Shown one piece after another: positions 12,394 through 25,920 of a stretch of 64,000 bases of DNA; the stretch's first letter is position 1, and each line of letters begins with the position of its first letter. This DNA is from Azolla caroliniana (Eukaryota; Plantae; Polypodiophyta): the NCBI GenBank assembly GCA_043228905.1, contig JBHGNT010000012.1:12772001-12836000 (forward strand). Reading direction: 5' to 3'. Made by a program: the position numbers and the translations under genes. The notes beneath the pieces were generated by a model. It was given only the letters and a program-made list of their open reading frames with translations. It was not told where the DNA came from and ran no database searches.

Positions 12394-12769
12394 ATTGAAT
12401 AAAATGAGTACAGTTGTGCAGTACAAATGTAATTGAATGATGAACCCAATCAATAGATAAAGAAGAGCTTTTATTAAATAGAACCAGGGATAACCCAGTA
12501 TTGCATTAGTGGTACAAAGATTCATTACATGGAAATCTACTTCCTCTATATAAGTATCAATAGAAATTCCTAATGAATGAATCACGCCGTTGATGTATTG
12601 TATTCTTCCATCAGCCAAGTGCACCGTATAGGTGTGATCACTTACGGTGGGTTGGATGCCCCATATCTGAACCAAACGATCATTCACAAAGTTATGTGAG
12701 CTTCCTGAATCAAACAAAAATTGTTCGGGAGATCCATTGATATACCTGTTTGCACATAGTAAATCATTG
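12394..12769 (-). pseudogene. Family-E aspartic protease fragment
   Basis: FLFDSGSSHNFV...ILGYPW; homologous to ~34280-34650. Confidence 0.85.
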
Positions 12770-13663
12770 TACCACATTAACATGTCCATTTTAATGTGGT
12801 ACACACAACAACATGTGTTCCTCTCCTTTAACTTTCTAGCAAAAAATGGTTTCAAACCTTGGAACTTGCGAAATCCAAGATTGATGCTAAGATGTTGGTC
12901 TTTGAAGTTCATCAACAATTCAGCGTACATCACTCAATAAAAAGGTAACATTAATAGAAGCATTTAGTAAACAACAAAATATTTAAAACCATCTAGATAA
13001 AAAATTGAATTACCTCAGTCATCTCCAAGAAGTGTCTTGGGTGAATCTGGTACCTACCTCGATTTATACGTTGTCTACATACATCTTTTTTATTCGGTGA
13101 GACACGTGTGTTTTTTGCCCAAAAGGAACCCACTTCCTCAATAATCTCATGAGACAATGCATTACATCGTCGTCTACGACCTAACCCCAACCACTTAAAT
13201 TGATTTGATTGTATATTTGTCTGATGCTTCCTCAAGTTCCTTCTTTAGATACCAAGTGCTAAGGCAACTTTAGTATCACTGTATATTTTTTTCGTTGTAC
13301 CATTTACAACCATGTGAAGGGATGCTCTCTTTGCACCAAGCTTATCTATGCTCTCTATCCCTTTCACTAAGTGTAGGGATGACTTCATACACTCTACAAT
13401 TTCCTCTGAAACACATTGGTCCCTAAACTTAATATTCTCCATGTCTTCATTCAAAAGTTGATGGTGCAACACTCTAGAGATAATATCCCTACGATCCTCC
13501 AAGCTAAATCTCTCAATTACTTCTAGTAAATAACAGACTATGTGAAGAACCACCCTTCTCTTGCTCCTCTTAGACATAGATTTGCTAAGGGACACCTCGC
13601 TCTCCTCATCGAAGAAGATTGTCACTCTCATATATTCCAGAAAATTTCTTGTTATTTCAGCAC
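12770..13663 (-). pseudogene. Degraded DNA-transposase-like gene fragment with a probable intron (tentatively Sola2-like)
   Basis: ORFs 13245-13631 and 12993-13235 are in frame across a stop. An AT-rich GT-initiated gap at ~13013-12934 is followed by FQGLKPFFARKLKERNTCCCVYH. No catalytic domain or TIR seen. Confidence 0.5.
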
Positions 13664-14705
13664 CTAATTAATCAGAATAAGTGCTTAATACATCGTAAAA
13701 TAAACATAGTTAATACCCCATAGCATAAACATCAACCGGAAATCGGATAAATATTTGAGAGTTTGCCACAGTCATATATTCCTTTTCCAAAACAATTAAC
13801 TTTTAAGAAATAATTGCATCAATTAAGTTGTTGTTTGACCCCTTTAAATTACTTGTTCGACCATAAAATTAGGCTAATATAAAACTTAGGTTGTAGATGT
13901 TGTAGCTAGGAACAATGAACAAGAGAAGGAGACTTATTCAAAAGTCTTTTTAGTAAGTTGCCACGACTTACTAGATAATAACAAAATTATCAAAGTAATA
14001 ATACAAATAATAACGAGTAATAATCAAAGTATGACGGAGATGACAATGACAATCATAATCATGATGACACACTAATTTGTTCAACATAAACCAATCCTAA
14101 ATTTTAGATAAGAGATTGTAGGCCACAACCTACTAAATAATAACAGTATGAGGGAAGTGAGAATACACACATATACAAATAACAGTACTGTATAGAAATA
14201 ACCACTTTATAGAAATATGCGCAGACATACCGAGTTAAAGAGAAGATGGAGAAGACATATCGATGGAAGGAGAAGATGGGGAAGACGAGTGACGTAGAGA
14301 ACAGCAAAACGACATTTCGAGTGCACTGTGAAGACCTGAGTTGGAAGGTGGAAGACCACAGTGTGATGTGAAGACCTGAGTTTGAAGGCGGAAGACGAGA
14401 GTGCACTGTGAAGACATGCGTTGTCTTAGTTGGAAGGCGAAAGAGGAGACGCTTGGGAGAAGCACCAAAAGGATTTAATGTAGCGTCCTAAATTAAGCAT
14501 GAGAGGGAAATAGCCCCCAAAACAGTCCTGAATACGCAACAACTGTCCCCCCACCCATTCCCTGACATTAATGCAATGTACACCACTCCCTAAAAATATT
14601 TTAATTATTTTCGATTATTATTATTAATTTTTTAATCACTTAGTACTCATGTTTTATTTGGCCAAAAACAATACTTTTTTGGTACACCGTAGCGTGCTTC
14701 AACCC

Positions 14706-15147
14706 ACCATATAATATCCCGTGCTGAGAATTTACCGTAGTATTCTATACACATGGATAAGTGTGAGTGTTATACGAGAGTGTAAAGAAGGGGAGAATTA
14801 CTTTTAATCCTCAGGATTGAGACAACCCATTAGGCCAAGTGTGAACTCACTTGGGGGCCTTGGGTATCACTATAAATATGAGGCCTAGCTACCCTCATTT
14901 CATCATCTTTTGACTACGTCAAGACTCTAACGTTGTGGTGGGTCAACTGTTGAAGCGAGCGTGCCCACACTAGGTACGACTTGACGCCATGGTGGTGGTA
15001 TGGGACGCCGATCGAGGCTTGAGTCCGTCTCGAGTCCTTCGCTCGAGGATGGTCGGGTGGATCAACACCCTTCATTCTCTCTCACCTTTCTTATTTCTGA
15101 TATCTTTTATCCTTATCATATGCTTAATTTCGATCATAACTCTAACT
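14706..15147 (+). repeat. E 5' LTR (5'-clipped)
   Basis: Aligns with 37381-37823. Confidence 0.88.
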
Positions 15148-15149
15148 GT

Positions 15150-15161
15150 TGGTTTCAGAGC
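15150..15161 (+). promoter_or_regulatory. PBS for initiator tRNA-Met
   Basis: TGGTTTCAGAGC, one mismatch from TGGTATCAGAGC, 2 nt after the LTR. Confidence 0.85.
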
Positions 15162-15393
15162 TCATGTTTCTAATGTTTTTGTTTTCTTCTTGATTGGTGG
15201 TGATTGATCGACGTGCGGTCAACCTTGATCCAGATAACAATCAACAAAGGAACTTCGGTAACTTTTCCTCCTTTTTTCTTATTCTTTCTTCTCCCAATCT
15301 AATCATGTATAGTCAATATGTGTTGTTTTTCATTGATTCAATGATGTTGAAGTGGTAATTAATTAGTTGTATAAAACATTTAAATATGTGTAT

Positions 15394-15590
15394 GAGGTCA
15401 ATACCTTATTTGACATAAATTTCATATGTGATTTGTATCGTATGCATACGAGGTCAATACCTCAATTGCATATTACGTTCACATCCATATGTTACATTTG
15501 CGTTTGAGGTCAATACTTCGATTTCTATGTAAATGATATGTGATTTGTGTCATATGCGTAAGAGGTCAATACCTCAATTGCATATTACGA
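15394..15590 (+). repeat. 56-bp periodic repeat in the E 5' leader
   Basis: GAGGTCAATAC at 15394, 15450, 15506 and 15562; units 2 and 4 share the longer CTCAATTGCATATTACG. Confidence 0.85.
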
Positions 15591-15895
15591 TTAACCCTTA
15601 TTTTTGGATGTTTCATGTGTAGAGGCTATATGCCTCGATTACGTGTCTCGATTTCATCATATGTTGGCTATTTGATGTTACGATTTTTTTTAATATACGC
15701 ATATGTGGTCACATGTATATGTATTTGATCGTATATATGTGATAAATATACATATGTGTATGTTAGTTATAACGTGATTTCTATATCGAATGTTGTCCTT
15801 TTCGGGGAAAGGATCTTGTTGGCCGTCCTATTTGTCTGACCTTATCCTATTTCTTTGCCAGAAATAATCATTCAATGGCTTAGAATAATGACCCG

Positions 15896-16751
15896 ATGTC
15901 ATCCGCTCAAGCAGAAGGAGCTCAAGGAAATCCTCCTAGAGCAATGTCCATTGAGTCATATGTTTTACAAATACAACATTTCCTTAGTTCAACCGTGCAT
16001 CATATGTCCGAACTTCGGCAATCTCAAAGTGCTCTCGAGGCACGTGTCATTAGTTTACAACGTGACACTAATAGACCCAATGAGAGTCAGGGTGAACCAT
16101 CATTTGTCGTAAAGCCATTTATGGGAGAAAAAAAGGAAAGAACCGAAGAAGCAATCTACACGTGGCTAGGCCGATGGGAGTCTCATTTTGAGCTCTATCC
16201 CACGCCAGATAGTACGAATATTGCATATTTTGGCCGAGAACTAGGGGGTAAGGCCACCGCCGAGTGGTGTGGGCTCCGAACTTTGGGGAAATTGCCCGAT
16301 ACTTGGACAGATTTTGTCACAGTTTTCAAGGGCCAATTTCTACAACCTCCATCTCAAACCAAGGCAACACAAGCTTTAATGAACCTCTCTAGCAGGAAGT
16401 TTTCCTTGCTAGAAGACTATGTTCACCATGCTAGAACCCAAATCCAAAAATCGGGTCTAGTAGGGCACAATTGGTTAATAGCTTGTTTTGTCAATGGCAT
16501 CCCCAATTCGAACTATCACTAGATAGTGCATGCTAAGGATCCAAAATCCTTTGAAGAGGCCATTGAAATAGTTCTTCGCTATCAATGCATTTTGAAGAAG
16601 GACCATAACAAACCCAACAAAGCTCCTGGGACTAAGCAGTCACAATTCATGGATCACGATTGTAAGTGACAACATCCTTTTTGCGTATTCTGTAAAAAGA
16701 AGGGTCATACAAAAGAACAATGTCAAAAGCTACAATGAAAAGAGCACGACA
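15896..16751 (+). pseudogene. E gag (stop at 16520; zinc knuckle CVFCKKKGHTKEQC)
   Basis: ORF 15896-16522 with capsid-like motifs, continuing past stops. Confidence 0.82.
16445..16751 (+). repeat. 307-bp target duplication, left copy (flanks A2)
   Basis: Matches 33862-34168 with about 3 transitions. Confidence 0.95.
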
Positions 16752-17100
16752 GTTAACTCTTCGGGCCGGACAATGGCCTAACACAGGGTGTCTACGGGAG
16801 ACACTTCACCAAAGGGTGTTACGGCAACCAGATTAGACCTCAACGCTTAATCCGACTTAATCAAGTTACTTATTAGGATCGTCTTCATAACACGCGTAAG
16901 ATATAACAATTAAGACAGAACGGCAATTAACACAGAGATATAACAACGCTTAAGCTTTCATTAATTAACCGGATCCAGATCCGGAACGGCATACCGATTC
17001 CGGTCCGTCCGTCCACACTCATAGCTTAATTACAACCACATTCCTACTACTTAATTAGCTCTCCGTTTCCCACTCTGGACTCCTTTGCCAGCCGGTAACA
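16752..17100 (-). repeat. A2 3' LTR (terminal base lost, ~83-bp internal deletion)
   Basis: Plus strand starts GTTAACTC versus TGTTAACTC at 33429. Confidence 0.92.
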
Positions 17101-17154
17101 CATGGCACGCCCGTGGGACAGTACCTTGTACGTCGAATCCACAACCGACCCTTG

Positions 17155-20148
17155 CTATTCTTCGTCCAAAATGTCCAGAATGCTTTGTTCGAGTGCCTCC
17201 AATGGTTCATCTGGAAGTGGTTGTTGTTGTTGCTGATGTTGCTGCTCTGTTGATGTTTGCTGCGGCGGGTCCGTTGGTGGTTGTTGCGGCTGCTCCTCCG
17301 TTTGTGGCTCTGACACCGCCGTCTCCGTCGTTGCTCCTTGCGTCTTCGTGGTCTCCGGTTGACTGGTTCCCGGCTGGCCCTCAGCCAACGACGGTTCCTC
17401 ATCACTAAGGTTAACCGTTGTCGCTTCCTGTGCTTTTTCTTCCCGTACCCGGGACCGCTCGTAGCTTTCAAACTGAATTTGAGCGTCCAACCTATCATCG
17501 TCCAGCTGAGCTACGAGCTGCCTGACCTGTGCCAGCTGTTCATCTGCCAGGACTTGGAAGTCGTCGGCCAGCTCGTCCCGTATGGCGGTGAAGTCCTCGG
17601 AAGTCAACGTATAACAGTCATCTCCTTCCTTCCGCCGGTTTGCCACATCCGCCCGTAGCAACTGGAGTTCCGCCGCGTTTTGTGCCCACTTTGTCCACCA
17701 TTTTACGGAGTTGTCACCAATCAAGTGCTTCGTCTGATTCAGCCATGCCCGGAGGATGGACTGAATCCGGCTCGTTCCCAATTGCGATTTGGTTTCCGCC
17801 GCTTGCCGTTCCTCCAGTTGTTTGATGATTTTTACGTTGTCCTCCGCCTGCGCCTTGTAATGCGTCAATTGCCTTTGATATGTACTTTGTAATTTCTGCA
17901 ATACTGTTGACGCTCTCTCTTTGTCTTCCTGCTACTGCCTCTGGAGCTCCATCCGGACCTTCTCCGCCTCTTCCAAGCGTCTTGTATTTTCCGCCCGTTC
18001 GTCGGCGATCGCCATCGCGGCCCGATCAACTGCCTGCTGGAGCTCGGCCATCCGTTCTTTATGCTCCGTTTCCAGCCGTTTGTAGTCCCGGTGCATGTGC
18101 TCAAAATCATCCGTCTTTTGCTTGAGCCGTGCGTTGATCTGACGACGGGCCCGGTCCTCGCGGTCCTTCTGCTGGCGGAGCTCTTCCTTTAGCCGCTCAA
18201 TCTCTGTTTCCGCCGTTTTCCGCAGCTTGTCCTTTTCCTGCAGCACTTTGTCTTTCTCCTCCTTTAGCCGGTCGTACGCTTGATGGCCTTTCCGGAGGCT
18301 CTCCTCTGCCCGGCGGAGGTTCTCAGCAGTCTTCTTTAATTCGGCTTCGGCCGCCGTCATCAATTCTCGTTCCCGGCTCCTTAGTGCTTCTTGTGCGGCA
18401 AGTTCCTCTCTCAACTCCGCAAGCTCCCGAGCTTGCACCGCATCTCTCGCCGGAACGGTTTCCGTTGTCGGGGTCTTATTCCTATGTACAGGTCGTTCCG
18501 TTTCATTATTCTGTACACTTACCGGAGTCACCGGTGATTGGATCCGTATTTTGGCCATCTCTATTGTGACCTGATCCAAATCTTTTTCAAGGCACCGGAT
18601 TCTGGACCGGGCCATCTCTAGTTGTTCGGTTGTGACGAGCAACTGTTCGCTTTGCACTCTTTCTTTCGCCTCTATATACCCCACCGCTCCGGCTATCTGT
18701 TCGCCTATCGACCGGAGCCACAGGCTACCGGTGCCTTGTTGTGCTTGCACGGAGGTTTGATAGATGGGCTCACTTGTAGAGGGGTGGTCCCGCCTGGTTG
18801 CGCCGAGTTGCAGTTCTGTTTCTGCCCATGGACCATCCTGTTGTCCTTGGTCCCCTTGCGCTTCTTCTTGGCTGACCGAGGGAGGCTGCAGTGACCTTTC
18901 CGGCTCTGGCGGGATGGGACTTGCCGGTGTTGCCGGTGGTGTCGGGGCTTCTGTTTCCGGTGCCATCTGCACCGGTTCCGGTTCCTTCCTTGGCGTAGGA
19001 GTCTCAGTATGGGGAGTCGGTGTTCCCTCTGTCTGAGGGTCCGAACGTTTCCCGGCTGTCTCAACGGTCCTCGCCGACGACCGTCGTTGGAGGTGCTCTG
19101 TAGGCTCGTCCTCTATTTCCTCCTCTTGAGCTCCGGCATTGAGTTTTGCCGCCAAGGGGTCCACTTCTCGATTCACCGATCGGAGGAGTGCGACCTTTAC
19201 GGGCCGTGCCGGTGGTTCCTCATGCGCCTCCGTTGGGCGCTTCCGGCTTCCGCTTTCTGTTGCCGCCTGTTCTGCATCCGCCGCCTTTCCCTTAGTGGAC
19301 TTCGAGGCCAACAGCTGTTGCCGTTTGGAAGCCGTCCTTGGTGTGCCGTCCGACACTCTTCCTCGCTTCTTGGGCTGGACGGTCTGAACGGGTGGCACCA
19401 GCAAGGTGAGCCACTGCGTTACGGCGTGCCATATCCTTCGTCCGTCTCGGCCTTCTTTGCCGTCTTTGCCTCTGACGATCTCGACCGCTGCACACATCCC
19501 GTCTGCGATCAATACCGGCCAATCCACCTTGATCCCTTCATAGGTGGCGATGATCATCCCTGCCTGGTTCTGCGGCATGACAGGGGGTCTAGGGTATACG
19601 TGGTCGTATTCATGGAGCACACGAGCAATTTCGCGGAACAGCATATCTCCGCCGCCCTGTGTCCGGTAGCCCTTGCTAGCTAGAGAGTACTCACCAAAAT
19701 ACCTGATGAGTTGCTTCGGGGTTGGATTGTCGATCGTGAGTATGCCTCCCTCCGGAAGGCCTGTTAATGCTCGAATCGCCTCTGCCGTTATGACCTCTGT
19801 ATCGATTTCCTTGATCACTTTGTCAGCTTCTTTGTGTGGCGGTACTTCCATCATCATCAAGAAGCCCTCGAGCCCGTGTTGCTTCAGCCATGTCTTGGCG
19901 GCTTCCGACAGCGTTTGCGGGTCCATCTCTGTGTCGGGGTCGGATTGCGGTGACGAGGATGGATGGTGATGAGAGCGGGGTTGAGAAAGAGAGAGTTCAG
20001 AAGGCGGGGGTTCTCTGTGCGCAGGTTCTCTTCTGATAATCTTGCAGCGTTTCGGTGCTTCTGTGCTCCTAGGTTCGCGAAAGTAGAGTGTCTCTACGCG
20101 CAATGGTTTTTGTCTGTGCATTCTGGCGCCTTTTTCGAGTTTGTGCAT
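17155..20148 (-). pseudogene. A2 ORF2 (extra 3' ORF, coiled coil) with one premature stop
   Basis: ORFs 17932-20148 and 17155-17901 are in the same frame and collinear with 52873-55761. Confidence 0.9.
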
Positions 20149-20302
20149 GTCGCGTACTTAAAATAGCATTATGTCCTGTGGTGGCGCTTTAAATGCCCAT
20201 TACGTACCTTTTCGCTCCACGCTCTTTCATCCATTCATTCCTCGCTTTTGCATGATTGTTTTTTTTTTTTTTTTTTCAATTATTATTATTATTAGTGTGA
20301 CG

Positions 20303-23300
20303 TCACATGTCCGTTGGTCCTCCCGGACCCTTACCGGCCACATTCTCTCCGGTTACCGGCTCGCCTTCTCTGCCGTCTTGGTGGTTGCCGTCAGTCCTTT
20401 GCTCAAACGGGTTCTTAGGCATCGGTCCTCTATATGCCTTTAACCGGAATCCGTTGACCCATTTGCCCAGCACTTCGCCGGCAAGTGTCCCCAACTGGTA
20501 GGACCCATTATACTCACGTGTTAGCCAATATGGTCCGGTCCATCTAAACCTTAGTTTACCCGGCATCTTGCCCATCCGGGTTTGGAATACTAACATTGGT
20601 TTGCCGATTGCGAACATTTTTTCGTTACCTTTCTTGTGTCGGTCGACGAATGCTTTCCGTCGCCGTTGCTCCAATTCTAAATGTAGGATGCTGGCCAACC
20701 GTTGTTCCTCCAGCTCACACAGCGCTGTCAACCTTATTGTCTCCGACTCCTTCTCGTTCAGCCGTTCTCGTAGCTGGATCCGTAAGCTAGGTACTTGAAA
20801 TTCTACCGGCATGACCGCCTCGAGTCCGAACGCCAACCGGAACGGTGTTGTTCGGATGCTTGTTTTGTATGCCGTCCGGTATGCCCAAAGCGCGCTATGT
20901 AGCTTTGTGTCCCAATCCGTCCGGTTCTCGTTGACGATCTTCCGAAGGATGTTCTGGAGCGTCTTGTTTGTTGATTCTGCTAATCCGTTCGCCTGTGGAT
21001 AGTAAGGTGTGCTTCGTTTGTGGACCACAGCATAGAAGGTCGTTAGGCTTTCCACTACTTGTCCGAGAAAGTGCCCCCCTTGGTCACTTATCAATTCAAT
21101 GGGGCATCCGTAACGGCACCAGATGTACTCATATAGAAACTTTGTAGCTTTGGCCTCCACGCATTTCGTGCAGTAATCCGTAGCAACGATAACGTACCGA
21201 TTACCCGTTCTCATTGTCGGTGGCTTGAACGGTCCTACAAAGTCCAGCCCCCACTTTTGGAATGGCTCGAGTGGTAGTACTGGCTGGTGTGGCATACGAG
21301 CCTGCTCCGTTGGCTGGCCCATTCTCTGGCATAGGTCACATTCTTTTGCGTACCGTACCGCATCTCTTAATGTCGTTGGCCACCATAGGCCACTTTGCCA
21401 TATTTTTCTGGCCGTCACATCTCCGGCATAGTGACCTCCGGCAACTCCACATTGGGCTTCCCTCCGTATCAGTTCTTTTTCATCGTTGCGCACCGCCCGT
21501 CTCCATATGCCGTCAGCTCCCTTGTGGTACAGTGTGTCTTGTAGTAAGCAGAAATGTCGGCTTTGTACCGCCAGGCGTTTCCGTTCGTCCCGGTTCAGCT
21601 CTTCCGGAGGCAGTGTTGTTCTCAGAAACTGATGCATATTTGTGAGCCACTTGTCTTCCTGGGCCACTGTCTCATCTGCTGCTGTCTTCGTAGTGACTCG
21701 AAACAGCTCCGCATCCGGAAACTCATCCGGTACTCCATCACCCGTCTCTCCGGACTCCAATCGGCTTAAGTAATCCGCTACGGCATGCTGTATACCGGGT
21801 CGGTGGAATATTTCAAACTCGAACTCCTGTAACAATAAGGTCCACCGGGCCAATTTGCCAGTGAGTGACGCCTTGGACACCAGGTAAAGGAGTGCCGAAT
21901 GATCTACATGGAAGGAAAACTTCCTTCCCAATAAATAGTGCCGAAATTTTGTCACACTGTAGATCATTCCTAGAGCTTCCCGTTCCGTAGTAGAGTAGTT
22001 TCGTTCTGCTTGGGATAGCTTCCGGCTGGCATAGTACACTGGCTGGTACCACTTTGGTTCCGTAAGCTGCATCAGTACGCTTCCGATTGCGATGTCGGAG
22101 GCGTCCACGAACACGTGAAATTCTTTACTCCAATCTGGAGGTTGTACTACCGGTGCCTGCGACAATAGTACCTTGAGGGCCTTATACGCCCTATCCTCAG
22201 TATCGGTCCACTGGAATGGTGTCCGATGTACGGCGACATGCAACGGTGTAGCCAGGTCGGCCAAGTATCGGAGCATCCAGCTGTGCCACCGGATCTGGCC
22301 TAAGAACCGGCTTAATGCCTTTGCCGTTGCCGGCGCCGGTGCTTCTAATATGGCTTTCACTTTGTTCGGGTCGACTGCAATACCTTCCTGGCTCACGATA
22401 TGTCCTAATAAAGTTCCACTGGACACGCCAAATACACACTTTGCCGGATTCAAGCTTAGCCTATACGCTCTACACTTTTCTAAACAAAGACGGAGGTGCT
22501 GAAAATGGTCCTCCTCCCGGCTATAGACGGCGAAATCGTCAAGGAAAACCTGCATAAAAGCCGGTGTATATTCACCAAAGATTTCCATGATGATTCTTTG
22601 AAACGTTGCCGGTGCCGTTTTGAGTCCGAACATCATCACCACGGCCACAAACACCCCCCATTCGGTGACGAATGCCGTTTTCTCTTGGTCGTCGGGGTGC
22701 ATCCGGATCTGATTATATCTGCTGAATCCGTCTAGGAAGCTATAGACCTCATGGCCGGCGACGACATCCAACACTCCATCTGTGAACGGAAGGGGAAATG
22801 CATCCGTTACCGTAGCCGTATTGAGTTTCCGGTAGTCCACGCAAACTCGAATTTTTCCGTTCTTCTTCGGTACGACTACGATCGGGCTCAGCCATGTCGC
22901 TTTCTTTACCGGATGGATAAAGCCAACTCTTAGCAGTTTGTCGATTTCTTCCTTGACCATGGCAGCATAATTGGGATTCATTCGGTACCGTCTTTGGGCC
23001 ACTGGTTTTGCGTCCTTGCTCAAGTGCACTTGATGCTGGTATAACTGAGGGTCGAGTCCTCGCATGTCTTCGTATGACCAGGCGAATACGTCGCGAAATT
23101 CCGTGAGCAGTGTTATCATCGCCGTTTTGTCTCCGGACTTCATCTCCTTGGCGATGTGCACCGGTTTTGCTTCGTCCGTGGTGCATAAATTCATCTCTTC
23201 CAATTGCGATGCTTTTACGCGCTGTGAAACGGCCATTTCCCATTCCAACGCTTCCTGCGCTTGCCGTAACTCCCGGATTGCGTCTTTATCCAGTTCTGCT

Positions 23301-25132
23301 TCCGCCTCTTCCGGTTGCAGTAAGTACGGTGCTACGGCTTCGGCAATGTCAATTTCGAAGAGGGGTATGATCTTCGGGTTTTCCTGCAGGTATTGAGCTT
23401 CTTCTTCGTCCGCTAACCCTTCGAGCATGTTGACGCATTCCGCATACAACGGTGTACATTCCTTGCCAGTGCTCGTCCTTGGCTGTGTTGGTACCCGTAC
23501 CTTGGCTTTTCCTCGCCGGAAGGTAATTATATTTTCTCGCCAATTCTATTTGATATGTGCCGTTTTCAACCATGGCTGCCCCAGCAATAGCGGGTATGCG
23601 CCTTGTGCCTGTAATTGTAGCACTACGGCCGAGATGTGAAATGTATGCCCGCCGACGGTGACTTCTAATTTCCGTATTAATCTTGTCGGCCGCACTGAGC
23701 TTGTATCGGCCATCCGCAACCAGAACGGACACGGCTCCCACTCGTGGATTCCTAGGTCCTCACACGTCCGGAGGCTTATTACATTTACCCCAGAGCCTCC
23801 GTCTATAACTGTGTCGGGGAGTTCTTTCCCTTTTACAATGCCAGTGATTACCGGACTGCTGGTGTCTACCACTGTTGGTCCCTCCTCCGGATTCGAGAAG
23901 AGTACCGGTGCCGGTGATGGTTCTCCTGCCATCATGGCCGTCTTCAGTCCTTCCGTGAATCTAGGCACGAGTTGTAGGAGTCTTCCTAGTGGTAACGTAA
24001 TCTGGCATTCTTGCAACGCTTGCCATGTCTCGTTCTCGGAGTGACTACCGCCGGCAAGCCCTGCAGTGTTCTCTTTTTGCTGCTGTAAGTCTGTGACATT
24101 CTGCTCGTTTGCTTTCTTTACCCATTCCGTTGCTTGTTTGCGGATGGTCTCTTGTGTCTCCCATTCTTTGGCCATGCCCCTCGACCTTGTGGTCACCTGC
24201 TGCAGGTCTGCCACCTCAGGGACTACCATATTTACCGCCGGTCGTTTTTCATAGCTCTTCACCGGGCATTGGTTACTATAATGGCTTTCCGGGCATTGCT
24301 AGATTCGGCATTGTCTGTTGTACCCGGGGCAGGTCCTACGGTACACGCGGGGTTTTGTACCGGTTGGCTACTTGGAGCGCCTTTTTCCAGATCCCGGGGG
24401 TAGCGTCCTTTTCTAAAATGCCGTTTTTTGTTAAAGCTCTTCTTATTACGGTACTCTTGACGGGGTTGCCCGTTATATCTTCCGTATTCCTCCCATTGCT
24501 GACGATACCCGGGGGAGTGCTCCCGGTCGTACTGTTCGTATCGTCTATTGTAATCCTGGTACCGATTATGTCAGTCATAGTTCTCTCGCCGATCACCGTA
24601 CCAGACATCATTTTCCCGTCGCTCGCAGTACCAGACATCATTATCCCGTCGCTCGCCGTACCGGACATTATTTTCCCGTTGCTCGCCATTCCAGACATCC
24701 TGTGTCGGTCGGTCACGGTCCATTCGCCGACAGCGTTCGCCTTCTTCATCCCGGCTGCTGCGTGGCTCAATTTGTCGGACGGGCGGTGCTTGCCGAGTCA
24801 ACAGATTATACTCGCACCTATCCGTCGTATGGCTCTTGGACTGACAGATTACACATTGCGTCCTCATAGTGCATTCTAGAGCCGAGTGTCCGGAATTCAA
24901 GCAGGTTGAGCACTGTATTGCTTGCCGAAACCGGAGGTCTTCATCGGTTGGTAACGCCCGTTGAAGTGCGCCCAGTGTGAGCCAGGAGCTTGTCTTTTCC
25001 ATCTCTTTCACCCGGTCAATGACCTGGTCGATGGTACTTGTGCGGAAATCGATTACCGTGCAAACCGTGTGTAGGGGTTCCCGGAGCGCGTTTAGGAATA
25101 TCGTCCGTAATTCCTCCTCCGGGGGTGCACGG
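20303..25132 (-). pseudogene. A2 gag C-terminus and pol (PR-RT-RH-INT)
   Basis: ORFs 24571-25011, 23546-24262 and 20303-23449; FLDD, VDASDIAIG, GLDFVGP, RWTGPY; small deletions in the zinc knuckle and integrase. Confidence 0.93.
24590..24710 (-). repeat. 30-bp coding tandem repeat (~4 units) in A2 gag
   Basis: Translates as DVWNGEQREN-NVRYGERRDN-DVWYCERREN-DVWYGDRREN. Confidence 0.85.
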
Positions 25133-25916
25133 TGTCGTGAAGAAAACCGTCCCTAAGCGGAATCGGCGCACCGAGGCGTGGGAACCGGTTCTTCACGCGC
25201 GCACGCTCCAAGTTATACATAGAATCGAATTAGGAGGATGATCGGCAGGAACGGGCCCTAACACGAGTGGAGACAAAGACCGTGCGAACAGTCTTTCGGT
25301 CACGCGCGCGAACTGTACGAGTCGGCGGCGTAACTACGCGGATGCGTGAAGAACGGAGGAGATCCCTGTCAAAAAGGGACAGGGAATAAAGCTGACGCGA
25401 CGGCCTGCTCAACGGCCTATATAAGGAGCAGGAAAGAGCTGTTGCAGGGATCTCGCGCGGAGAGGACGAAGTGCTGTCGGATCGTTTCCGGACGCTTCTC
25501 TCTCTGTTTCCTTCATTATTGAGCTCCATAGCTTTCTGTGCAGGGTTCCGAGGAGGCTCGCGCTGTTTCGAGGAACGCCCGGAGAGCTTCCGGCAGCACC
25601 TCCGACCTGCTACCCCTTTGTGCGTCGAAGCGAACAGGCATCGACGTCTGTTTGCCGGCCTGTTCGGTTGTAACCAACCTGTGCCCCATCGAGGGTTGTA
25701 GTAGTGTTAGCCATTTCTGTTAATATACATAATTAGTCATTCGCGTCTGTCTGTGTCGGTGTCTGGACGCATTCTCCGTTCCGAAGGGCCGTGTCCCTGT
25801 GTATCCCCGGTCCTGCGTAGCCGGTCCTCTCACTTTCTCCTCCCTCGCTGGCTCTTTGGTTCGAGACCCCCGCGGTCCCGCCTCGTTTCCATACGCACTT
25901 GCATAATACCTCGACA
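25133..25916 (+). repeat. F 5' LTR
   Basis: TGTCG...CGACA; TATA (CTATATAAG) near 25417. Confidence 0.97.
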
Positions 25917-25920
25917 TCTT

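Noticed and set aside
11933-12398. Inverted E LTR as a clean solo LTR
   Set aside because: The flanks TCAAT and ATTGA are not a direct repeat, so no TSD supports it.
12322-12933. 203-aa ORF as a real gene
   Set aside because: Chance in-frame chimera of a transposase-like piece, the E protease and the E LTR.
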